Shown one piece after another: positions 25,730 to 32,000 of a stretch of 32,000 bases of DNA. Position 1 is the first letter of the stretch; the number at the start of each line of letters is the position of its first letter. The translations under genes and the position numbers were made by a program. The notes under the pieces are model-generated. The model was not told the origin of the DNA. It did not search any database and worked only from the letters and a program-made list of their open reading frames with translations. The stretch lies in the NCBI RefSeq assembly GCF_000299365.1, contig NC_018655.1:840001-872000 (forward strand), given 5' to 3'. The stretch is from Candidatus Nitrosopumilus koreensis AR1. Its GTDB lineage: Archaea; Thermoproteota; Nitrososphaeria; Nitrososphaerales; Nitrosopumilaceae.

Positions 25730-26041
25730 ATGGGTGGAGCAAAAAAACCAACAGCCGCAAAAAAAGATTCATCATCTACTCCTAAAGATTCCAAAAAGAG
25801 TAAGAAAGACAAAGGTGAAGGCGGTCCAAAGAAAGCAGAGATCACAGTAATGGTTAACGAACAACAAGCAATGAAGATCATCCAAAGTTCCAAAGTAATT
25901 ACAGTTCAAGACATGGCAAGACAAACAGGTGTAAAAATTTCTGCAGCAAACAAATTTCTAAAAGAATCTGCAGAAAAAGGAATTGTAAAGCGAGTTGGCG
26001 GTTATTCAGGACACCACTTGTATCAAGCAGTCTCCTCATAG
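25730..26041 (+). CDS. rps25e: 30S ribosomal protein eS25
   Basis: A Lys-rich N-terminus followed by a winged-helix region (ITVQDMARQTGVKISAANKFLKESAEKGIVKRV) is typical of S25e. The start is set at MGGAKK (25730). The track's upstream extension overlaps the 70-aa gene and is not protein-like. Confidence 0.9.
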   Translation: MGGAKKPTAAKKDSSSTPKDSKKSKKDKGEGGPKKAEITVMVNEQQAMKIIQSSKVITVQDMARQTGVKISAANKFLKESAEKGIVKRVGGYSGHHLYQAVSS

Positions 26042-26409
26042 ATACACAATACATCTCCAGATTTAACATCCTTTAATGCATCAACATTTCCGGTCAGTTT
26101 TCCTATAGGAGTCATTGTTTTTGCAGCCTCCACATTGTTTGTAAAAAAACAAAAACTTCCAGAAGAAGGCAAGAATGCAACATCGCCTTTTTTGAATTCT
26201 GATCTTGCACGCTCTATTCCAGAGTCAACTGAAGTTTCAAAATAAACAATACTTTTTCCTAAAAGATGAGCATGTCCCTCCAATGGCAAAGATCTCATAA
26301 TCGTCCCAACAGTTCGAGGAGACAGATGTCGTTTCAGATCACATGTGATTTTTGCTTTATCTCTAATCTCCAAAATTAGTTGTTTTCTAGATACAGAAGA
26401 GGTGCTCAA
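26023..26409 (-). CDS. cyclophilin-like-fold protein (Cyclophil_like/DUF369-type)
   Basis: The pattern ILEIRDKAKITCDLKRHLSPRTVGTIMRSLPLEG...GDVAFLPSSGSFCFF...PIGKL...GDVLCI follows that family. There is no in-frame ATG before the domain, so TTG 26409 is proposed, 26 nt from a TTATATAA box. The start is uncertain. Confidence 0.7.
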   Translation of the reverse strand: MSTSSVSRKQLILEIRDKAKITCDLKRHLSPRTVGTIMRSLPLEGHAHLLGKSIVYFETSVDSGIERARSEFKKGDVAFLPSSGSFCFFTNNVEAAKTMTPIGKLTGNVDALKDVKSGDVLCIYEETA

Positions 26410-26422
26410 TTCGTAGTTTAAA

Positions 26423-26971
26423 ATGATTAGATTATATAACGTTTTAAGAAAAAATCGGTACTTGTCTGATGTCAATAAAACCGAAGTAGTAGAAGTTGCC
26501 GAAGATGAAATTCCTGCAACTGAGGAAGTTGACGAAATAGAAGTTGAAACTAACGCAGGACTAACCAAAGCACTAGACACATATCGAAAATTAATTGAGA
26601 AAAAAGTGGATGCAGACCCACTAACTGAAAAAGAACAAGATGATCTTGAAAAGAGAATTAAAGAAATTGAATCCAGAGAAATTGTTGAGACAATTATAGA
26701 ACATGAGCCAGTTGAGATACCTTGTGAAAAAGGAAAAATTACAATTGGGCCACCAACATTGACCAGATTTGAAAAGGCAAGAATTATGGGTGCAAGAGCA
26801 TTGCAGTTATCTTTAGGAGCACCGCCATTTATCCCAATTCCAAAAACTGCAAGGATTTCATTGGATATTTCAATGGAAGAATTAGAACAAAGAGTGATCC
26901 CAATCACAATTAGAAGAGTTCTTCCAAACGGGGATTACCAAAATATTCCTATCGACTATTTTGAAAAATGA
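26423..26971 (+). CDS. rpoK: DNA-directed RNA polymerase subunit Rpo6/K with a long acidic N-terminal extension
   Basis: The C-terminal core LTRFEKARIMGARALQLSLGAPPF...PITIRRVLPNGDYQ is the Rpo6/Rpb6 signature. It is preceded by about 110 Glu/Asp-rich residues. An alternative start is TTG 26462. Confidence 0.85.
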   Translation: MIRLYNVLRKNRYLSDVNKTEVVEVAEDEIPATEEVDEIEVETNAGLTKALDTYRKLIEKKVDADPLTEKEQDDLEKRIKEIESREIVETIIEHEPVEIPCEKGKITIGPPTLTRFEKARIMGARALQLSLGAPPFIPIPKTARISLDISMEELEQRVIPITIRRVLPNGDYQNIPIDYFEK

Positions 26972-27022
26972 ATCATTGGTCGATAAAACTTAAAAGAAGA
27001 CAAAATTGCTGATTGTTGAATA

Positions 27023-27334
27023 ATGCTCATGGAAGAGACAAGTGAACCGCACGGTCAAGAGCAGACCAAAAAGTCTGAAACTGTTGTGCATATTGGAAAT
27101 GATCCTGTAATGCAATCTGCAGTTGATGTGTTATCAACCATAGGAAATACAAAAAAAGTAATCATTAGATCAAAAGGAAACTCAATTCCAAATGCAGTTG
27201 CAGTTGCAAACATCATCACTGAAAAAATGCTAAAAGGTAATTCCAAAGTAGAAAAAATTACACTAGATACAGATGCAGCAGCTGGTATTGGAAGAATGAC
27301 ATCAACGATAGAGATTATTTTGATTAAGTGTTAG
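27023..27334 (+). CDS. albA: chromatin protein Alba (Sac10b family)
   Basis: VIIRSKGNSIPNAVAVANIITEKML...TSTIEIIL is the typical Alba core. A TATA-like AACTTAAAAG lies about 30 nt upstream. Confidence 0.9.
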   Translation: MLMEETSEPHGQEQTKKSETVVHIGNDPVMQSAVDVLSTIGNTKKVIIRSKGNSIPNAVAVANIITEKMLKGNSKVEKITLDTDAAAGIGRMTSTIEIILIKC

Positions 27335-27747
27335 TAAACGCTACCAGGGCCTTTCAAAAGCATGTTTTCACATTCTTTGCATACTTGTTCATCAATATTA
27401 GATTCCAAGTTATGATGAATTTCACAGATTAACAAGCTTGATTTGATGTAATTACACAATCCTATGAATTTGGACAAGCTAGATGGGGTGTATGCCATAT
27501 CAGATGAAAGATTTGAACTAAGTTCATCAATCAAATCTGAAACTTGTTTTTCTGCCAAAAGTTTTGCAATCAAAGATGGATCCCCTCTTGTACCTCGAAT
27601 GTAATTGCTTACTGCAGCTTGTGTGACTCCAAGCATTTTAGAAATTTCATCTTCTCGAATATTGTGATCTTCTGCAAGCTTTTTTGCAAGAATTGCGCGT
27701 AAAGCAGGAATAAGAGTTTTCGATTCAATTTCTGCAGGAAGTAGCAT
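27331..27747 (-). CDS. HTH (XRE-like) transcriptional regulator with C-terminal Cys/His cluster
   Basis: The HTH is EISKMLGVTQAAVSNYIRG. The C-terminus has CEIHH...C-x2-C. It is divergent from the AsnB-like gene. Confidence 0.8.
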   Translation of the reverse strand: MLLPAEIESKTLIPALRAILAKKLAEDHNIREDEISKMLGVTQAAVSNYIRGTRGDPSLIAKLLAEKQVSDLIDELSSNLSSDMAYTPSSLSKFIGLCNYIKSSLLICEIHHNLESNIDEQVCKECENMLLKGPGSVY

Positions 27748-27856
27748 TAATTCTCAAGGGCTCTATAAAGAATTTAAAGTTTGCAATTACAAGACAGATG
27801 ATTTTACGTGTCAAATTAGGCATAGCTATTTTAATTTCAAAATAATTTATTTTGCA

Positions 27857-28801
27857 TTGGATGAGACATCTAAGGAACTTTACGATACACTAGAGAAATC
27901 ATGTAAATCATGCAAATCGGATTTAATTTCACTATCAGGAGGATTAGATAGTTCAATTATTGCATATTTTCTCAAGGAAAGAAAACCAAAAACACTTGCA
28001 ATAATTGCAGAGGATTTTGTTTCAACTGATCTTACATATTGTCAATTGGTTTCAAAAGAAATGGAGTTACCATTAACAATTTACAATGTGAAAACAGCGG
28101 ATATTTTAGAAGCAGTTGAGCAAACAATAAAAATTTTAAAAAATTTCAACGATATTGAGATCAGAAACAATGTTGTGATGTATCTTGCCATAAAATGGGC
28201 AAAAAATAATGGAATAAAATCAATAATTACTGGAGACGGAGCAGATGAATTGTTTGCAGGGTACAATTTTTTAGTTCACAAACCCGAAAAAGAACTAGAA
28301 TCGGAAATCAACAGAGTATGCTCAATTATGCATTTTCCAACACAAGAGATAGGAAAAGCGTTGGGAATAGAGATTGAATCGCCATTCCTAAATGAAAAAG
28401 TAGTCAATCTTGCAAAAAAGATTCCAGCAAATTTGAAGATAAAAAAAGAGGGTGAGAAAAAACATGGCAAGTGGATATTGCGAAAAACTTTTGAAAAATA
28501 CCTTCCTGAGCAAATTGTATGGAGAGAGAAATCACCTATGCAGGAAGGTTCAGGAACATCGGGACTAACAAATTTGTTTGAATCAATCATTGAAGAAGAA
28601 AAATATGTGGAAAAAAAATTAACTGTCGAAAAAGAAGATGACGTGATTATTAGAAGCAGAGAATCAATGCATTATTATGAAATTTTTAAGAAATTGTATG
28701 GATCACCTGTAGATAAAGATGCTAAAAATACATGCCCGTACTGCAAGCACAAGATAGTGAACTCAAAATTTTGCAGGATGTGCGGAGCATTTCCAATCTA
28801 A
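27857..28801 (+). CDS. asparagine-synthase-like PP-loop ATPase lacking the glutaminase domain, with C-terminal zinc ribbon
   Basis: PP-loop SLSGGLDSS, the AsnB synthetase motif TGDGADELFAGY, and KWILRK...WREK. The C-terminus is CPYCKHKIVNSKFCRMCG. TTG start, with no in-frame ATG upstream of the PP-loop. Confidence 0.85.
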   Translation: MDETSKELYDTLEKSCKSCKSDLISLSGGLDSSIIAYFLKERKPKTLAIIAEDFVSTDLTYCQLVSKEMELPLTIYNVKTADILEAVEQTIKILKNFNDIEIRNNVVMYLAIKWAKNNGIKSIITGDGADELFAGYNFLVHKPEKELESEINRVCSIMHFPTQEIGKALGIEIESPFLNEKVVNLAKKIPANLKIKKEGEKKHGKWILRKTFEKYLPEQIVWREKSPMQEGSGTSGLTNLFESIIEEEKYVEKKLTVEKEDDVIIRSRESMHYYEIFKKLYGSPVDKDAKNTCPYCKHKIVNSKFCRMCGAFPI

Positions 28802-28803
28802 TC

Positions 28804-28941
28804 TTATTTGTATTTACGAGGTTTTTTGATAAATATTCTTCTGCAACCATTACAGCAGAAATAAAATTTCTTTCCATCATGTTCATGAAGTAATGCTAAT
28901 TCTTCATCAAGTTCAATTCCACAAACAGGATCAACTGGCAC
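28804..28941 (-). CDS. YHS-domain mini-protein (45 aa, GTG start)
   Basis: Hand translation: (M)PVDPVCGIELDEELALLHEHDGKKFYFCCNGCRRIFIKKPRKYK, matching the YHS/TRASH consensus DPVCG...G..YYFC...C...F...P..Y. Confidence 0.55.
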   Translation of the reverse strand: MPVDPVCGIELDEELALLHEHDGKKFYFCCNGCRRIFIKKPRKYK

Positions 28942-28989
28942 AAATTTTTCTTATGTAAATTCTATTTATAGATTCACCAAAAGATCGTA

Positions 28990-29379
28990 CTAGGAATTAA
29001 CAATTTCAAGTATTTTTTTTGGCAATGCGCCATAATCAGAATCAGGTTCAGATACAACATACAAAATATCCTCATTAATTGGGACACTTATTGCCAATGC
29101 TCTTTCACGTGAGGCCATTGCAAAATTTACTACACCTAGTTGCTTATCAAACTCTTTTCTCATTTTAACACGTAATGCAAGCTCCATGAAAATCATCTCA
29201 TCATCCTTTTCGTTTTCCAAAGGTTCAACATTTGGTTTCATACCACCTGCAACCAATCGACCTCGTTCATTAATCACACCTGCAAATCTAATTTTTGAAT
29301 CAATGGATAAAATTGAATCACAGATTTTTGAATAATCATAAATCTTTGCAGACATGCATTCACTACTCAAAAAGCCCAT
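28990..29379 (-). CDS. hypothetical protein, tentatively Roadblock/LC7-like; paralog of 863..1255
   Basis: IRFAGVINERGRLVAGG ... VVNFAMASRERALAISVPINEDILYVVSEPDS parallels ORF 863..1255 in length and motif order. Confidence 0.65.
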   Translation of the reverse strand: MGFLSSECMSAKIYDYSKICDSILSIDSKIRFAGVINERGRLVAGGMKPNVEPLENEKDDEMIFMELALRVKMRKEFDKQLGVVNFAMASRERALAISVPINEDILYVVSEPDSDYGALPKKILEIVNS

Positions 29380-29426
29380 TTATTATCTTTCTACAAAATT
29401 TTGAACAAAGTTATGAAAAAAGCATC

Positions 29427-30527
29427 TCAAGAAGTTAATTTTTTGACAAGACCAAGGAACTCGTCTTCAGAATAAGGAGGAATTTTCATTACTTCGAGAT
29501 TTTCAGAAACATGTTCTGAAGATTTTTGTCCAATCAGAGGAGCCAATACACCTGGACTTGAGCGTATGAATTGAAGTGCTCTTACAGAAGGTTTCAAATC
29601 ACTAAATTCAGGCATCACACCAGGTTGTAATAACCTGCCTTGCATTAATGGAACACTAGTAAAAACACCAATTCCCAATCTTGTGGCAGATTCTAATACA
29701 GAAACAGGATTATTTTCAATTGTTTGGGTTTTTCCAAGTAACGCTTGATCATAATACAAATTGAATGGTAATTGAATAAACTTGAATCCATTATTTTCTC
29801 CACCAACCTTTTTTGCCATATTTACTGTATCTTCTAACGAAAGGTATTGTGGATTATCATTTGCAACTCTAAAGCATTCCCAAGTAGCCATTCCATAGAA
29901 TTTAATTTTTCCTTCATCGCGTTTTTGTTCATACAATTCAAATACAGATTGAAGGTTTTTCAAAAATTGTTCTCGAGAGACATCTTTAATCTGACCTTCC
30001 ATTGCATTATGAAGATACATCAAATCAACACATTCTAAATCAAGATTTTTCAAACTACGATCTAATTGATCTGAAAGATATGTAGTAGTCATACAATGGT
30101 AGCCAGATGTGATGTCTCCTTCTTTGACAACACCTTTTTGAGCATACTCTTCTTTGACATATTCCCAAAATCCAAGCTGAACATCAGCATCATTTGTGAC
30201 GTATCCATTCTTTGTTGAGACAAATATCTGATCACGTGAAATCTTGTTTTCTTCAACGAGTTCTGAAATTGCTTTTCCAACAGAGCGTTCTGCTTTCTGT
30301 GCACGATAATTTATTGCAGTATCTACAACATTCACTCCAGATAAAATAGACTGTTTTACTGCACTAGTCACTAATTCATCAGTTCTAGCATCAGCATCAC
30401 CAAGGTAAGTCCCAATTCCAACATTTGACAGAGTAAGGTTTTGAAATTCCTTAAAATTCTCTTGATTTACACCTGAATTTTGAGCAAATTTTTTGGTTCC
30501 GTCAGGAGTTGCAAATCCAGTAATCAT
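29427..30527 (-). CDS. aldo/keto reductase family oxidoreductase
   Basis: VDTAINYR, the catalytic region (STKNGY, YLHN) and a typical 8-stranded barrel length. No competing frame. Confidence 0.9.
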   Translation of the reverse strand: MITGFATPDGTKKFAQNSGVNQENFKEFQNLTLSNVGIGTYLGDADARTDELVTSAVKQSILSGVNVVDTAINYRAQKAERSVGKAISELVEENKISRDQIFVSTKNGYVTNDADVQLGFWEYVKEEYAQKGVVKEGDITSGYHCMTTTYLSDQLDRSLKNLDLECVDLMYLHNAMEGQIKDVSREQFLKNLQSVFELYEQKRDEGKIKFYGMATWECFRVANDNPQYLSLEDTVNMAKKVGGENNGFKFIQLPFNLYYDQALLGKTQTIENNPVSVLESATRLGIGVFTSVPLMQGRLLQPGVMPEFSDLKPSVRALQFIRSSPGVLAPLIGQKSSEHVSENLEVMKIPPYSEDEFLGLVKKLTS

Positions 30528-30558
30528 ATTTTTGGTTTAATTCTAACTAAATTTATGT

Positions 30559-31449
30559 TTAGACCACAGAATCAAGTAAAAAACTAATAACAAACAAGAC
30601 GCCTGTAATTCTACTAAACATCAAAGTAGAAGACATGAAAGGAATTAATTTTTCAACAGAATCATAGGTTTTCTTTAAACCAAATCCAGATTTTATCACC
30701 AAAGGAATGCTCAAAAAACTAATCAAAGAAAGAAGAGGAAACAGATTTAGAGATACACCCACAATTATTGCAGAGCAAGATACAAAGGGAAATATCCAAA
30801 ACAGTTTTGTTGCATTTTGTTTTCCAACCACTATCACCAGTGTTTTTCTGCCTTTTGATTTGTCTGCATCATGATCTGGAAACGATGCAATGAATAAAAC
30901 CAACGAAGACAGAGAGCCAACAACCATTCCTGCAAGAATTGATTCGGTAGTTATTTGTCCAGATTGAATAAAAAAAGTTCCCATTATAATCATAGCCCCC
31001 TTTACTGCAACAAAAAATTCCCCTAATCCAGAATCAACAATTTTTGTAGAGTAAAAGTAGATAGACAGTATTGCAAATCCCAGAATAATTGCAATGATTA
31101 TTCCATCAGTAATTACAAAATATGCCCCAATTGCAGAGCCAATTAATAGAAATGCAATTCCAGCGCGATATACACTAGATGGTTTTAGTAATCCTTCTGG
31201 AAGAACACCAGTTCCACCACTCATCTTTGTTTTTGGAGTCTTTGCATCTATTCCACGTTTAAAATCCCAAAAATCATTTAGTAAATCAACACTCGCATGA
31301 AGTGCCAAAACTCCTGCAAAAGTCAAAAATGCATCAAATACATCAATAGTTGAATTTTGCCACCAATTCAAAGCAAGACCTACAGAGACTGCAATTATAG
31401 ATGCAAACAAAAAACGAATTCGAATGACTCTAAACCATACAGTGAGCAT
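30559..31449 (-). CDS. UbiA-family prenyltransferase, MenA-like
   Basis: Polytopic membrane protein with an N-D-x2-D-x3-G-x-D motif (LLNDFWDFKRGIDA) and a second Asp-rich loop (FPDHDADK). This is closest in pattern to 1,4-dihydroxy-2-naphthoate polyprenyltransferases. The start is moved to ATG 31449. Confidence 0.8.
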   Translation of the reverse strand: MLTVWFRVIRIRFLFASIIAVSVGLALNWWQNSTIDVFDAFLTFAGVLALHASVDLLNDFWDFKRGIDAKTPKTKMSGGTGVLPEGLLKPSSVYRAGIAFLLIGSAIGAYFVITDGIIIAIILGFAILSIYFYSTKIVDSGLGEFFVAVKGAMIIMGTFFIQSGQITTESILAGMVVGSLSSLVLFIASFPDHDADKSKGRKTLVIVVGKQNATKLFWIFPFVSCSAIIVGVSLNLFPLLSLISFLSIPLVIKSGFGLKKTYDSVEKLIPFMSSTLMFSRITGVLFVISFLLDSVV

Positions 31450-31535
31450 CAAGAATAATATAATTTTTTTAGTATAATATTCATGAGTTTTGTATTAAAG
31501 CCAGTATTTATTAAAAAAATCAATCAAACCCAATC

Positions 31536-31739
31536 ATGATAATTGGCAGAGTTTTAGACAATGAGAAGAGAGTGAAATTTGACACAGATGTTTTCTGCAC
31601 AGATTGTGGAAAAAAGGTGCCAGGAGGACTTCAGACAGGAGAATCATACTATCAAACTCAAGAATTTCTAGTAGAATTAGAGAATTTTAAAAAAAACTAT
31701 CTGTGTGGGGTTTGCCGAGATAAAAAAAGAAGAAATTAG
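31536..31739 (+). CDS. small zinc-ribbon protein (67 aa)
   Basis: C-x2-C (CTDCG) ... C-x2-C (CGVC), with a basic C-terminus. Confidence 0.6.
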   Translation: MIIGRVLDNEKRVKFDTDVFCTDCGKKVPGGLQTGESYYQTQEFLVELENFKKNYLCGVCRDKKRRN

Positions 31740-32000
31740 AGTTCTTCCTCTTCTTCCCATTCTTCTTCAATATTGGTTTTTGATTTCTTTAAGAACATAA
31801 AGACAACAACACCAACCATAAGAATTCCTGCAATTACAATGTAAATTATCCATTCAGGTAATTCCAAATCAATTGCATCAAATGTTTTTTGAGGAGCGTC
31901 AACGTTTACAGTGAATGAATCCTGGCCTTCAGCATACCCTTCAGCAGTTGCAATTATGTCAAATGAGATCGATGGACCTTCAAATGCAGTCAAACTCACA
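31736..32000 (-). CDS. C-terminal part of a membrane-anchored (probably extracellular) protein, truncated by window edge
   Basis: The ORF is open to the window end. It has a C-terminal TM helix (IIYIVIAGILMVGVVVFMFL) followed by an acidic tail EEEWEEEEEL. Confidence 0.55.
   Translation of the reverse strand, partial: VSLTAFEGPSISFDIIATAEGYAEGQDSFTVNVDAPQKTFDAIDLELPEWIIYIVIAGILMVGVVVFMFLKKSKTNIEEEWEEEEEL

Noticed and set aside
26410-26907. N-terminal roughly 165 aa of the 294-aa minus-strand ORF 26023..26907
   Set aside because: It is Ser/Thr/Ile-rich low-complexity sequence that is the antisense shadow of the GAA/GAT-rich rpoK extension. Only the C-terminal 128 aa matches a cyclophilin-like domain.
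14294-31300. Other embedded ORFs (14294..14479, 15428..15640, 16158..16385, 18224..18433, 18704..18892, 19175..19405, 19524..19787, 20790..20990, 21490..21777, 24043..24258, 24283..24477, 24599..24802, 24815..25054, 25597..25893, 27055..27246, 28081..28266, 28276..28590, 29847..30038, 30089..30304, 31094..31300)
   Set aside because: Each overlaps a gene with clear family motifs on the other strand or frame. None shows domain signatures.
1-32000. CRISPR array, IS element/transposase, integrase, prophage structural genes, rRNA/tRNA
   Set aside because: I saw no regularly spaced direct repeats, no DDE/tyrosine/serine recombinase motifs, no capsid or terminase-like ORFs and no GC-rich RNA-gene-like islands while reading both strands.

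Overview
This is an AT-rich archaeal chromosome segment. The gene content includes eS25 and eS26 ribosomal proteins, Alba, RNA polymerase subunit Rpo6/K, deoxyhypusine synthase, a ThrRS with the archaeal editing domain, a membrane-anchored blue-copper protein, and many tiny Cys-pair proteins. This combination points (inference) to a marine ammonia-oxidising Nitrososphaerota (Thaumarchaeota), Nitrosopumilus-like genome. Layout: (i) 1-6.8 kb is a patchwork of short orphan ORFs in alternating orientation. It holds an MGME1/RecB-like PD-(D/E)XK nuclease operon, a SHOCT-domain protein, a mosaic paralog family and several mini zinc-finger ORFs below the 60-aa track cut-off. (ii) 6.87-12.67 kb is a tightly overlapping trpE-G-D-C-B-A operon with no trpF. 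(iii) 12.7-14.1 kb is a second orphan patch with an RHH-like 59-aa ORF followed by a 228-aa unknown. (iv) 14.1-32 kb is housekeeping: blue copper protein, pyrG, a frame-disrupted NAD kinase carrying a C-terminal winged-helix domain, PfkB kinase, orphan histidine kinase, eS26, CDP-alcohol phosphatidyltransferase, agmatinase, thrS, deoxyhypusine synthase, eS25, cyclophilin-like protein, rpoK with a long acidic N-terminal extension, Alba, an HTH regulator, a glutaminase-less AsnB-like enzyme, a YHS mini-protein, an aldo/keto reductase and a MenA-like prenyltransferase. I found no rRNA, tRNA, CRISPR array, transposase or integrase. The best candidates for something undescribed are the nuclease operon with its divergent hyper-acidic neighbour (4.4-5.8 kb), the RHH + 228-aa pair (13.2-14.1 kb), the NAD kinase A7 frameshift with wHTH fusion (16.7-17.7 kb), and the palindrome-bearing divergent promoter between a TRASH-like mini-protein and trpE. 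All functional calls come from motif recognition by eye; no database search was run.
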